From assembly GCA_032718475.1 (NCBI GenBank), contig JAUCBJ010006459.1, forward strand, positions 36,552-100,551: DNA of 64,000 nt, read 5' to 3'. The translations under genes and the position numbers were made by a program. The notes beneath the pieces were generated by a model. The model had not been told where the DNA came from. It was given only the letters and a program-made list of their open reading frames with translations, and searched no databases. Positions 45,368 through 59,600 of the stretch are shown here, piece after piece (within the stretch, counting starts at the first letter, position 1; every line of letters starts with the position of its first letter). This stretch comes from Nemertoderma westbladi. Lineage: Eukaryota; Animalia; Xenacoelomorpha.

Positions 45368-48300
45368 ATAATTATTATATTATTTTACTAGAAAGCCAGC
45401 AAGCTGGCTTTAAACGAACTTGCCCCTCAAACCAGAACCGCAGTACCCTGAGTGAGCAAAAATGAAAACACGATAAATTGCCATCAACACAACGATAGAA
45501 ACACCAGCTGCTGGTACTCATGAGGGCCTAGTAAGCTACTGTACTACTATTTATTGAATGGATAGGCCCAAACTGCACAGAAGTATATTACTTGCTAAAT
45601 TTATTACTCTCTCACTCTAACCCAGACAGTCAGTAATCAAACATCAACAACTGTTTGTTTGTATAATGTATTACCCCACCAGATGAATAGCTCTTCCCAG
45701 TGAATCCTATGACAATAATCTATAAGGTTTCTCACTGCTATGTTAGATGGGAGGCCAGGTAATTGAATTGTAAGCACTGGGCCCTTTAAATGGTTTATAG
45801 GTTGATGATAATGAATGAGGAGGGACCCAACTAACACTACGTTTGTCTATATGGACGGTCTCCTTACAGCCAGCTGGCTAGCTTTTCTAGTTGAATCATA
45901 TTATTCTCCAACCAAATAATTTACTCATTCAGACGAATTTGTGCGTTTTTTTGCTGGACTAACAAATTTTGGCGACGTTCTGTGCGAGATTGGCGATATT
46001 TGAAAAGATTCTGAGGCACAAATATGTTGCTCAAATGACTGAATAGCCCAAATAAAAAAGTTGGTGCATACTCGACGAGTTGAAATCGGTGAAATTCGAC
46101 ATTAAATTTTCAAAACCGCTATTTTCCAGTGATCCCCAAAGTTCCAAAAAATATACAGTCTTGTGCGCAACAAAAATCTATGTAGAGTTTGTTATTAAAT
46201 TTTTTGCATACCTGCTTGAGTTTTTGAGATATTGGATGATTATACATATATACACACACGTACACTTAACCACATCGTGTTTTTTGAACGGCTCAACTCT
46301 TGACAAGAACTACCCTGGCCTATTAATAGGCAGGTTCGTTATTATTATATATAATATGAACAAATATTAATAACCAAAATTAACACAACCAAATTAAATA
46401 TATATAGAAAGAGTTAATCGATAGAGTATTTCAGTATTATATGTTATTCATTAGTTTATGTGGATCTCAACAGCTCGACCATGGGCTAGTATTGTGTCGT
46501 TATGTCTCGTCCACGAAGACCGGCGTAATACTGAAGAATACGAAGGTGAATACGAAGACCGAAGGTGGGTAATACTAATTGTAAATGAGCACCAAGTGTT
46601 ATCCACAATAACACATAAAAAAATAATAATAATATTAAATTTTGACTTTTTTCAATCTACTTTAACTTGGAAATACCACAAAAAAAAGTACCACCTTAAT
46701 ATATTATGGGAATAACTTACCAATTTCTTGTAACTTTCCTTGGCGACATGGATTATAATTCTTCAGTACATACAACAAGGGGTGGGGTTTTCCCCAAATT
46801 TGGTACAAACAATAACTATCGATTGACTAAATTACTCAATTAAGGTTTATGTAACTCACCCATAAAATTTAACTAAACTATTGTGATTTTTAATTTTAAG
46901 GTCAATTTTTAAAGTCAATAGAGCAAGTTGGTCACTTTCATTATCACACTAACTCCCAAGTTCGTATAATATCACCCTCAATTATCTCCCTTCTAGGTTT
47001 CCATTTCAGCTTGGTGTCCTGAATCTATCCTTAGATTAGACAAAAAAAAAGTGGGCTTGGTTCCTCTTCTGTGGCCCGGACACACAACCTTTTGTTCTGG
47101 ACGTCGACTGGAACCTAAACCTATGGTAACACTTACAGTACTTTCAGTATAAAAAATATTTAAGTAGTGCTTTCCCCAACAATGGTTTTAGAGAGATTCT
47201 TTGGTCCATGTGAAGAATACTAGACTTTCTGCCGTTTTATTTCACTTTGCAGTTACCCCCATGTGAAGTATACCAGGTTTTCACAAAAATAAACAGGTTA
47301 CAGAAGGGCTGAATCTAACCAAAACAATAAACGAATTAGTATATACAGGTTATAAGACAGAAGCGCTATAAAACAATTAATAAAGATAAATTTAAATAAA
47401 TAAAAAATCTTCATATATAAAATACGACCGAAAAGTGAAATCCTGGTATTCTTCACATGGGCGGATTCTTTACCCACTGAAATCCGCAATCGTATGGTTG
47501 TTAAAATGAAAAAACCAAACAAATATATACGAATGATATATTTGCAAATATATACAGTGTACATAAATCATTGATTTACATCGTGTTATTTCAATACCTT
47601 ACATTTTTGCTAACACATGGAGGAGCTAAAAAGTGATTCGAATGAACTATTCTTTCTATCAAAAATCAAAAAATTATTAATGTAATTACTAAGTAATTAC
47701 TAGTAATTAGTATTACTGTAATAATAGGGTATGTCCTGGTCATGTTCCTTTGTTGATATAACAACCATGTAACAAATTTATATTTTAATAATTAATTTTC
47801 CAGAACAGCACAACAACAAACCCACTATGATCTCTAGTCTCTATGGACACTATCCGTGTCTCGATAGAATCTAGGAGCCAATGTTGTTACACACCTATTG
47901 ATTACTATTACTGCCCTATGCTTCTAGCTCTATTTCAATCACCTATGCGAAAAGGGGATGGGAAAAAGGGATAACAAACAGGTTAGTTCCGGCTTTATAC
48001 CTTGCTACTACTACAACTTCATTATTGAGGTATCCAATATATGCTCATAATCTTGGCAATAATTGCTGGTTCGTTTATAGTTTAGAATTAAAATGGGGTT
48101 GCTAGAAGATTCAAGCTGAAATCTGTTTGAAAGAGTTGACTGCTATAATAGTTAAAATTATAATTGTGCGAGAATGTAAATGGACAAATTAAATTTGAAT
48201 AGGGAATGGCTGATTGTAAGTAATTGAATTCACATAAATCGGTGCCACTTCATCAATAGCAGCTATTCCAAATTGCCATTCGTTATCTTCCTCCCCTAGT

Positions 48301-49018
48301 CCCAATGCCAACATTAGCAACCTCTTATTTGGAGTTAAGGGGGGGGGGGGGGGGGGTGGTAACCCGCCCCCCTTTCTTTTTCATAAATTGTAGTTTTAAT
48401 TGTCCAACCTTTCTCATCCAAGTTGCATTAAATGATTGGTTGGCCGTCACATTTACAAATTACATTTGTCAGTAAATTTTATTTAATATAATGTTGTGGG
48501 GCGAGCCACGAAAATAAGAAATAAGGGTACCACTGTCTCATATCGTAAGCCGTATCGTATATCTAATAGAGGTGAGTACATTTTTTAATATAGGTTTTCT
48601 CGTGCTTTAGTGAATAATACCAAACCAATAAACGATATTACCGATACCAATTAACGACCGATACCGATTAACGATACCAGTTTACATACTGAATGTTGAT
48701 AAGAGCTAACAAAGGTGTAATAAATACTGTAGGAATTACAATACAGTAAGAACAATGTATCCGGTTGGTTTGTGTGGGCGAAGTGGGTTATTATTGGATC
48801 GAAGCAGGACCTTATCGCCCCTGGAACTTTATCGCCCCTATAAATTGCATTTTTGTTGGGAAGTTATCGCCCCCCTGTTCTTAGTTTTTAAGAACTTATC
48901 GCCCCTGGGTCTTTATCGCCCCTGAGTCTTTATCGCCCCTCGTCCTTTATCGCCCCTGTCATTATATACAGGATACTTTCCCCCAACTTTCACATACTTC
49001 CCTCTAACAGACTGTAGG

Positions 49019-49512
49019 GTGGTGAACAGGCATTCCTCTAGGAAACAAAGTGGAAGGGTTTACTGTGGAAGATCAACCATGGAGGTGAACAGGCATTCCT
49101 CTAGGAAACAAAGTGGAAGGGTTTACTGTGGAAGATCAACCATGGAGGTGAACAGGCATTCCTTTATGAAACAAAGTGGAAGGGTTTACTGTGGAAGATC
49201 AACCATGGAGGTGAACAGGCATTCCTTTATGAAACAGAGTGGAAGGGTTTACTGTGGAAGATCAACCATGGAGGTGAACAGGCATTCCTCTAGGAAACAA
49301 AGTGGAAGGGTTTACTGTGGAAGATCAACCATGGAGGTGAACAGGCATTCCTCTAGGAAACAAAGTGGAAGGGTTTACTGTGGAAGATCAACCATGGAGG
49401 TGAACAGGCATTCCTTTGGGAAACAGAGTGGAAGGGTTTAATGTGGAAGATCACCCATGGTGGTGAACAGGCATTCCTTTATGAACCAAAGTGGAAGGGT
49501 TTACTGTGGAAG
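49019..49512. repeat. 63-bp minisatellite, ~7.8 copies
   Basis: Unit ATGGAGGTGAACAGGCATTCCTCTAGGAAACAAAGTGGAAGGGTTTACTGTGGAAGATCAACC. Confidence 0.95.
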
Positions 49513-49519
49513 AATTAAT

Positions 49520-51330
49520 TTGTAGTGGCGGTGAGCTAGAAAGATCTTGAATAGTTTTTGAGAAGATTGTGTATTCGGTTTTAGATAAGTTTAGTGAGAG
49601 GCGATTATCTATAAGCCAGTCAGTCAGTTTATTTAATTCATTATTGGTATCATGTATCAGAGTATTAATCTGTTTAGCTGACTGTAGGAGAGTAGTATTG
49701 TCCGCAAACAGTGTAGTTAGTAGATTAGTGACGTTAGGTAAGTCATTGATGTAAAGGAGGAAGAGTAGTGGGGATAGGACTCCTCCTTGGGGTACTTAAG
49801 GGCAGTAGCGTAGATGAGTGTCCAGCTAATGAGACGTATTGGAATCTGGAAGTTAGAAAGCTAGAGATAAGATGCAAAGGAGTTCCTCTGATACCGTAAC
49901 ATTCTAGTTTACTTAATACAATTTTGTGATTAATCGTATCGAACGCTTTTTTTAGGTCTATGTATATGGTACAGGTTGACAATTTTTCTTCCAGGGCCTG
50001 GTTAATTTTTTCCATAACTGAAAATAAAGCTTGAGATGACGAGGTTTTTCGCCGAAATCCATATTGGCAGGCAGAGAGAATATTATATTTTGTAAGATAT
50101 GATTGCAATTGTGAATATATTATTTGCTCAAAAAGTTTACTTAGGACTGGCAAAAGGGATATGGGACGATAATTGTTTGGGTCTGTGGGACTGTCAGATT
50201 TGAAAATTGGAATAATTTTTGCGATTTTAAGTGAGCTGGGGAAAAAACCACTCGTGAATGATAAATTATATATGTAATTTAAATAGGTAAATCTAGGATA
50301 GAGAGTGGCATCTGCAAGTTGTAATAGCTTGATAGGGAGAGAATCGTTGGATGCCGACTTTGGGTTTAATTGGAGTATCAAGTATTCTATTTCTACAGGA
50401 GAAGTTTCAGTAAGAACAAACGAGTTAGATCTATGGTTAGATTGCGAAATATTACGAATGGGAGAGCGAGGCGAAGACGGAATTTTGTTATCTAATTTTG
50501 GTCCTATTGTGGCAAATTGATCGTTAAATATTGTGGCAATTTTAGAGGCATCCGTAATAATTTCTAAAGAATTATCCGTTTTTATTGTTAATTGTTTTGG
50601 GATGCTAGACTTCCGATTTCTATGCAGGGCAGAGTTTATAATAAACCCACGTTTTCCTAATATTATCTCCATTTTCCTGAAATTTTGTTTGATAGTATAA
50701 TTTTTCTGCGGCACACAATGTGGAAGTTAATTTATTGCGGTATTTTTTATAAATGTTGTGGTTAGCCTCAGAGGGAGATTTTAGATAATTACGATATAAT
50801 TTATTTTTCTGTAAGGTGCAAGCTAGAAAAGAATCCGACATCCGGAACGGTTTATCCGGAATTTTATGTTTTGCCGTTATGTCTTTTGTTGGGACGTGTT
50901 TATTGCCAATTTTCTTCAGTTTGTCATAAAAAACATTACATTTTTCAATACTTGCAATATTTTCAACTTTTTTATCAGTATAAGACCAGTTAGAAGTTAG
51001 TTGAATATCGTGAAGAAAGTTTGTAATATTGAAATTTGAAAAGTGAAATGCCGTATGATGATCAGCTTTTTTAAAATAACAGGAATAGTTTTGGAGCCAA
51101 GTAAAGGTGGGTTGATGGTGTCTGATGTACCGATTTTTACTTTAAAAGTTCCCGATTTTGATAAACAAGATGTAACATTTGTAATTATATGATCTATGAT
51201 AGATTCAGTTTGAATAGTTGAACCGGTATTATTAGTCCAGGAGCTAATACGAGTAGGTGAATGAATTAATTGTACAAATCCGTAGCTATTAAGTAAGTTG
51301 ATATATTCCTTAGATTTGTCCTCCAGATAC
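49520..51330 (-). pseudogene. Decayed L2/Crack-type LINE ORF2 (APE end, linker, RT)
   Basis: PTRI..SIIDHIITN, YKKYRNKL, NYRPISLLP, QYGFR, IDLKKAFDT, LFADNT; several frameshifts. Confidence 0.88.
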
Positions 51331-51472
51331 AGACTCTTGACACTAATAAACAACACCAATACCAATACCAACGCTACTCCCATTCAAAATTTATATTTGT
51401 CACAGTGGGGATAAGTTACCAGGGGCGATACTACTACTACTAGGATCGGCATGCTGCATTGCAGCTGCATTT

Positions 51473-52640
51473 TTAAGAATGCTGTGCCGGCTTGTCAACA
51501 AAATTGCACCGCCACAACTCCCTATCACCCATGACATTTGCTAGATCATCCGCATCTTTAAGGCCAGTGTCCTTTAAGATGCGTCTCAAGAAAGTCATGG
51601 GCTGTCCACCATGCTTATTCACTCCATGAAGCTGCCAAAGTACAAGATTATGCACTGGCTGGTCGTCACGGCGAAAGCAATGTCCTGCAAAGCGGAGGCG
51701 ATTTTGTTCTAGTGTCAAGCTTGGGGGAACCAATGAGACACCTCCAATGTTATATAGTGTCTGGTTGGAGATGTGTGCATTGTACTTGACACAATGAACC
51801 CGGCGTAGCATTCTTGTGAATGTGCCATCCAGAGATTTGGTGTCCTCAGCAGTTAGAGCCCAGCATGGACTCCCGTAGAGGAGTACTGGAACTACTGCTG
51901 CTCTAAATAATCGGACCTTAAGTTTCCGATTAATTCTCGGTGACTTCCAAATCCTGGAAAGCCTATTCAAGGCTGCCCATGCCTTTCCCTTACGTATTCG
52001 AAGGTCCTCACCTGACTTCCGGATCCATGATCCCAGGTAACAGAAGTCGTCCACATGCTCAAGCATACCATCCTTTGACCTTATGCTCATCCGATCAGAG
52101 ACTTGCTGAGGACTTTCAAAGTTAACTGTCAGAATTTTGGTCTTTCTGGAGTTAATAAAAAGACCAACACTAGAAGCAGCATGCTCTAATGAGCTGAGGA
52201 GCCGTTGGGCTCCCTCTAATGATTCTGAGAGTACTCCTAAGTCATCAGCAAAGTCTAGATCAGTTAGGTACTTGGCAGGATTTCCTCGACTTCTGGAGCC
52301 AGTAGGTGGAGTTATCATCACCCCATCATCATTATAATGATCTAAGGACATGCGTAGAACATAGTCAACCACAATAATGAACAAGAATGGTGCAAGTGTG
52401 TCTCCTTGGAGGACGCCCCATAACACTTCAAATGGTTCTGTGTCACCGTCAACAGTAGACACAAATGTTGTCGAACCATCGTATACTGATCTGATTGCTG
52501 CAATAATTTCATCAGGAATTCCATATAATGAAAGTATGCTGAACATACGTGAGCGAGAGACTGAATCAAAGGCCTTGAAGAAGTCAACAAAGATAACAGC
52601 CAGATGCCTGTCTTTCTTTTTTGATAACTCTTCAATTATC
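51473..52640 (-). pseudogene. RTE/RTEX-group LINE RT, 3' fragment
   Basis: FVDFFKAFDSV, GVLQGDTLAPFLF, DLDFADDL, FCYLGS, LLYGSPCW, RLRFAGHCFR. Confidence 0.92.
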
Positions 52641-55621
52641 CAATTAACCAGGGGCGATAAAGACCCAGGGGCGATAAAGACCCGGGAGCGATATGTTCCT
52701 AAGGGGCGATAAAGAACCATTTGAGGGGCGATAAGTTCCCAGGGGGCGATAAGGGCCAGGGGCGATAAAGGTGCAAGGGGCGATAAGGCCCTACAATCTA
52801 TTGGATTGGGGTTTGGAAACAGTACTCACAGCTGAGAGAGGTAACTGACATTTTGGGTGTACAAGGTGAAGGTGTTAATAGTTGAACGGTCAGATGTTTA
52901 GTGACTATTATTAAGAATATCGTGGCGTATTTAATGTCGTAGTTTGATATAGAGTTTATTCTTAGGTGCATTTCTACATTAAATGTCCACAACAAATAAC
53001 CGACAGCAGGTTCCTGTCTATTGGGGAGGGGGGTAGGCATTCTACTAGGGAAGCACCTAAGGGATCCGATAAGGGTCTTTCGAGTATCTCACACACCCGA
53101 CGAACGGTATCCCTTCAGTGACCTTTACTGAAGGAGTTCCCTTACATCGTGCTGCGGGAAGGCCCCACAACGTGTATATTATAATAATTGTATAAAGTTA
53201 TACCAATCCAGTTTCGTAATAAGGAATATAATCGCTCCATGTAAAATCGATATTCTCCTAGTAACTGGAATCTCATCCCGAGTCAGTGTAGATACAAGCT
53301 GCTGCTACTGTAGATGACACAGCAGTATTCCTATACTCTAATCCACTTTATTCTTGGTACATTATACGTACTATATATATTATTGACATTATTAAAATGT
53401 AATAAATAATTATTAACGTAATTGTTAAGCAATCGAAGGTCATTGAATGACACAGTAATTTAAATATTTTAAATAACTTCTTGTAAGTCAGGTTTTAGGG
53501 GGTTTTATTCAGTTACAGTTTGAAAAAATTTTATATTTAATTAGAATTAAAATTATTGTGCACAAGTATTTATAAGTGTTGTAAAGTTGTATTTCGATAT
53601 ACCTAAACCTGTGAGTTTATTATTTTTATTATTTAATTGGTAATATTTCAAGCTAACGACAATTAGGCCCTATATTATTATGCGGTATTGGTATACTTGA
53701 TAGCGTATCAGGGTAAACCAACAACGATTGGCCATAAGGCCAGTGGACAAGTGATCAACACAGATAACTAAACAATGCCCCGTACTGTAATATAGTGTCA
53801 TTTTCTGACGACAAGCAGCCACCCCACCCCCCCCCCCTTTTTTTTTAGATTTTCGATTTTGTAATAATTTTAATCATTTTTATAATTTTATTGTAAGCGG
53901 TTTAATAAAGTGTCTTTTTCGAAATTGCACCCTTCGTATCGCCGCCATTCTTCACATTAACCGTGATTTCTTTAAACGATTAGAAAGACCAAAGCAAAAA
54001 AATATATACATACATCACGTGATTAATTTGTGCTGAAGATCACTATTTTCAATTGCGTACTAGAAAGCTTGCGTTTCAAGGATTCCAAATATGTAACAAT
54101 ATGTGATTTACGTTTAGAAACAGCTGAGTTGTCTCCCCTAAATCCCGTAATAATTCCTATCAAAATTTCCGTACTAAAAGTGTTATTTATTTTTTACGCA
54201 AATTGTGTTATATAGTACGCAAATTGTGTTATATTGTACGGAAATTTGTAGCATTTTTGAAATCGTCAAGTTGTATTAATTTTCTAGAATATTAGCTACA
54301 GCATTTTTACATAATTATACTAAGGTAAGGATTCCCCATGAACATTATGAAATTGGCCTACAATTATTCTAGAAAATTTTAAGTTTCCCATTTCATTTAG
54401 CGCAATGGAGGCTACTATACTATACAGAGACTAGGCCATCATAAATAATTTTGAAGTTATTCTGGTATGTATTCAAGGTTATCACTTAGCCACAGTTGTG
54501 AAAAAATATAGCACTAAATTTTTTATCCTAATTGAGCGACAAGTCGTAATTACGAATGCGGCCCCTTAACTGGGCAACTCTCTCCCTCTCCGCTATATTT
54601 TTTACAAATCTTTAATGATATCAGGAAAACTTTGAAATATAGATAGGCAGTATGAACTCGAATTTTTCGGCAGGTGGGAGAAATTAACTTTCTCATTACT
54701 TACTTTGCAAGCCTTTGCAAAAAGTGTCTCCTCAATATTGCACCCTTTGTACATCAAGAAATATTGGTATCTTTTTGCTGCTTTGTTGTTGCCGCTGGAA
54801 AGGCGGCATACAAGAATACAAGAGTAATGTATGTAAAGTGCAGGCTGACTTGACTGGCATATTGGCATTATTGCATTTCCTCTGATGTTTTGTGTGGCCA
54901 TTTATTTGGTACGCAGCAAACTTCGGCCGGAGAAAACTTCGCTCTCAAAATGATTATTAGCAACATTGTTTATTGTTTTGGTTAGAAAAAGTCATATGTA
55001 ACATGCCGTTTCTGTAATCTGCTCATTTCCCCCGATCAGACGAAGATTGGACGCGGGTGAAGACGCGCCAAACCATTTATTTAACTAATATTCTTGAAAT
55101 ACAAAACTATTTACATGATTGTGTGGAAACTAGCACTTCTCAGAGTTATGACCCGAGTGTATTTATGTAACGAGCGAGTGGAGCAAGTGAGGTTTACATA
55201 AATATAAACGCTGTTAACAGAACAGTGCCCTTTTCACACAATGGCTGAATGATGTATTGGGTGCGTAATTTTGTTACATTATGTAAACTTGTCTGCGTTT
55301 TCAACGCTTAAAATTATTACATTTAATATTGAAATGTTCACTCTCTAGTGATATAAGTGAAATTGATATCCTTTTTAAGAAATTGCTTGCAGTTATTGTA
55401 ACAAATGTAACGTAAATAATGTTACACTTACAGTACAATATGGCTCTCCTCGATAGACTGAGAACAGTCAAGATGTTTAGCAGTTTATTGCTATTAAATT
55501 ATGAATACTTTACAGGGTTCCGTCCTATAGGCCGCAATGCTGTAAATGGTACCTCGCTCGTTGTGGAGATATCACTAGAACGCTGATAAGTTGTCATAAT
55601 AATGTAACAAAATACATAATA

Positions 55622-57659
55622 TCGTGGGGCGGGTGGTAAAACGTCCTAAGTCAAATTTTCTCAAAATTCATGTTTTGAGTGAATCGGGTATAAAATTGAA
55701 TTTCCCTCCTTTCTACCAAAGGATTAGTGATAAAATAACAGTGTAAAAAAGTTATTTGCAAATTTTCAGTTGTCCTAAGTTAAGGCTACGAATGGTAAAA
55801 CGTCCTAACTTTTTACTTATGGTGGTAAGTTGTCCTAAGTCAAACAAAACTAATTACGTAAGTGAAACATAGGACGTTTTGTCAAGTTTAATGTCCACCC
55901 ACCAGGAAATATCCATTACTATTAATAGGTAGTATTTGTTGTTGAGTGCCATTAGCGATTCCGGAAAGACCAATGTCGAGTCACAATGTTAATATTATGA
56001 GATTTTTAACATAAAATATTCAAAACAATAAATTAATTATACTTTCAGGAAAAGACTGACGGTGGCAATTGTATAGTAATTACCGGTGCCCCAGTCGAAA
56101 TTGCCCAAATGTAATATATGCATCCACCCCGGTCATAATCGCCTTGGGCATTATGCCCCCTCCACTGGGCATAATCCATAATCGCCTCTAGTCCGTAGTG
56201 CCCCCTATGGGCAAAATCTTCTTAGGCGAATTTGCCACATAACTAGTGTACTACTACAATTAATCGGCCTGCTGCATTGAATCTGCACATTTCGAAACAT
56301 TTTGTCACCACCATGTGTTGATGGACCATGGATTCACAATTGGCAAACCCAATGCAGCGTGCATAAAGAATGCTATGGCGTCTTATCAATAAAGTTGCAC
56401 CACCACAATTCCCTTTCCCCCATGACTTTGGTGAGATTATCGGCATCCTCAAGACCAGTGTGTTTCCTTTGAGATGCATCTCGCGAAAGCCATGGTCTGT
56501 CCACCATGCATATTTTCACGATGCCACCAAAGCATAAGTTTGTGCACAGGATGGTCCTCACGCTGCCCTATAATGTCCTATAATGTGGAGGCGGCGCCGT
56601 TGAATTGTCAAGCTAGGGGAGAGTAATGAGACACCTCCAACGTTGTATAGTGTCTGATTGGATATCTGTGCATTGTATTTCATTCCGAATGTGATATGTA
56701 ATGTGTTAATGGTGATTTATTAACTATACTGTATAATTACAGAATTTTGATACTATGTAGCTTTTAAATATTTCAATCTATTAAATAGAGCATACTTGGT
56801 AACCTGTTTCTTTCCTTCAATATAATTTGATCGTTTATTGTTTTGGTTAGGAAAACGTGCCCCTGTAACCTGCCCCTTCCCATGTAGTGTTGATAAGATC
56901 GTTTTTTGTCTTGTTTAGAAAAGTCCGCGCCTGTAACCTGCTCATTTACATGTATTGTTAACGAGATGGTTTATTGTTTTTGTTAGAACAGACAGTATCT
57001 CTAACCTGCGCGCTCGGGGATACCGCGCGGGAAGAGGCATTTGGCGCTAGGCCAAAAGTGTTTACTAAAGTGCACCAAAGCAAAATTGCCCCCACCACCC
57101 CCCCCCCCCCGGGCAATCTCGCCTGGGGGGCATTTTCGCCTGAGAGACCCGTACATTAGAAAATTAAAATTGCTTTACATCCTACTAACAGTAGATAGAC
57201 CGGACTTAGACACGATTAGTACCGAACAATTCTTTATAACTTTTGATTAAATTTATTCTTGTATTTAAACAAGAACCGAAATTATAATGGGAGCGCATTC
57301 ATATAGTATCGGATCATGGTTAGTATCGGTACATAACCTGCACCGGAGAGAATAATAAGTAATAGAGAATAGAGTAATAAGTAAGCAATAGTACGTAGTG
57401 ATAAGTTTGTAAAATGTCCTATGTCGCATTAAAATTGAAATTGGTAAAACGTCCTATGTTGCAAATTTGTCAAAAAAAACCCTACCAGAAGGCTATGTAT
57501 CTATATTTCTGGTATCAGAAAACGATCTAACACCCTTTTTATGTTAGAAAATGAAATAAAACAGAATACATTTGCAGTTTTGTTGAAATAGTCAACAAAA
57601 AACGCGTTTTCTCCAAACTACATTTTTAGACTTAGGACGTTTTACCACCCGCCCCACGA
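55622..57659. mobile_element. Non-autonomous DNA transposon with 31-bp TIRs and TA TSD (Tc1/mariner/pogo-like), with nested fragments
   Basis: TCGTGGGGCGGGTGGTAAAACGTCCTAAGTC at 55622 and its reverse complement ending at 57659; flanking TA on both sides. Confidence 0.85.
56340..56680 (-). pseudogene. Degenerate 3' end of the RTE family seen at 51473-52640
   Basis: HTGLEDADNLTKVMGERELW..NFIDK. Confidence 0.75.
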
Positions 57660-59439
57660 TATGTTCTAGAATGGTATGTATGTTAAATAGTCCGATGGCA
57701 GAGGTATGAGAATGAAAATGGTGGGAATGGGCGTCGCCTAAATCCTGAGTGCCTTGGAGTGAGTTTCACAAAACGGTAGATCCATCTCTTAGAAACGCTG
57801 ACCAACCATTCTGCCAAATTAACTACAGCTGTGTCACAATGTATCTACAATGTTCTCCTGTACCACCATATTAAACAAAAACCCCCATGAAAGGATCAGC
57901 TTAGCCTGACTTCGCTGAGACCCGAGCCGTGAAATATGTCTTCCGCCAATGAAGAAAGAGCAACAATGAGTAATAATTCAATTAAACTGATTAGTCTGTC
58001 ACCTGCCCGCAGTCGAAATATTGAGGGAGGGAATTTTCTACTGTAACATCATCAATGGTCAGTCTATTTACATAGAGAAATTAAATAAAAACGCTTAAAT
58101 TACTTACTGTATTATTACTTGTAATTATTTCCCGCTAAAATATTTTTTATAGATTAGAAAAATATATATTTTTTCGCGTCCTCGGACGTGTTATAAGTCC
58201 TCGGCTTCGCCTCGGACGTTATAACAGTCCTTGGACGAAATAATAGTTACTCGTACAAAATATCCGTACAAAATAACAAATAACAGTTCAATAAAGATAG
58301 ATATAGGCGTTCAAAGATTGCAAGTATTATCGTTCGCTGGAGGCCATTTATTATATTAAATATATACACAACAACATTCTAGAACGTATTATTTATCTCA
58401 TGAGTAAGTGTGTAACAATGGCACTGCATATGCAATATATCTATTGCGTTGCTACATGAACAAAATGTTCCAAAACATTCTTTATTTATTAAATAGAATA
58501 AATAGACTCCAGCGAACGATAATTGTTACTTTCTTGTGGCTGTTACCAAGGCCATCGTAATACTATGGCAAATTAATTTATAACGATGGCCTTGCTGTTA
58601 CCTAAGGTATTTTTTATACTAGCTAATATGTTCGTCAACATGTTAGCTATTATTTTTATAATTATATTACATTTTTTAAAATAGTTCATTCAATAGAAAA
58701 TTCGTTCTAAAATGGTCCGTTCAACTAATTATTTACCGAACTCCTTTTGAACGGCTTAATATTGTTTTGAAAAGGTTCAATAATGCTTCCTTTCTAACGA
58801 TTTGTGTACTGCAGGACTGCAGCAAAAGTAAATCAACTGAACATGAAAACAAACATTTGCTTGTTGAAATAAGACCACAAGTTTATATTGAATATTACCC
58901 CTACTTACTTTTATCACAAATATACCGAATTTACCGATCATGAGAAACATGGAAATAAATATAACAAAGAAATAAATCAAATAGGAAATACATAATATAT
59001 CATTAAGGTAAAAGTAAAATAGATAAGTCTAGAGTTAATTATTACAGAGTTGGAGTACTGTGTAATGATATCTTTCTCTGGGTAGCATTCCTTCGTTTTC
59101 TCCTGAATTTTGTAGCTAGTCGAATCCCCACACTCACTCCATCAATAATAAATACCCTTTCCCAGCTGTAACAAAAATAAACTTTATTTAAAAATAAAAA
59201 ATTTAAAAGAAACATTTTATGCACTACTTTATGCACAAAGGAAGGAGCCAATTATATAATTAAACCTAATGAATAGCATGTTGTATAAGTCACTTTTACT
59301 TCAAGTGATATACTGTTAGTACTGTAGGCCTATACTTTTATAAACTGTATTGACTTGATGAAACTGAATCTTTCTAATGTGATGCTCATTTATACAGACA
59401 TGTAAATATACATATAATATATATGCCGCCTCCGCTTTG

Positions 59440-59600
59440 CAGGACATTGCTTTCGCCGTGAGTACCAGTGAGTCTGTGCGCAATCTTGCGCTTTCTGACT
59501 TTCTTAAGACGCCTCTTAAAGGATATTGGCCTTGGAGATGCTGATAATTATGGGGATAGGGAATTGCGGCGGTGGAATTTTGTATATAACCTGTTTTGCA
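59440..59600 (+). pseudogene. Degenerate RTE 3'-end fragment
   Basis: TFLRRLLKDIGLGDADN..DRELRRWNFV. Confidence 0.65.

Larger units (their letters stand above)
48804..52794. mobile_element. Non-autonomous DNA transposon-like shell with reiterated subterminal TTATCGCCCCT motifs, enclosing a minisatellite and LINE fragments
   Basis: About 7 TTATCGCCCC copies at 48812-48958 and inverted GGGGCGATAA copies at ~51422 and 52651-52787; imperfect terminal match. Confidence 0.65.

Noticed and set aside
49019-49512. 63-bp repeat array as a CRISPR array or a 140-aa repeat protein
   Set aside because: Units are contiguous with no unique spacers, the context is eukaryotic and there are no cas genes; the ORF arises because the unit length is divisible by 3.
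58178-58240. CCTCGGCTTCGCCTCGG-centred hairpin
   Set aside because: Looks like part of a common non-autonomous repeat; boundaries and family cannot be supported from this window.
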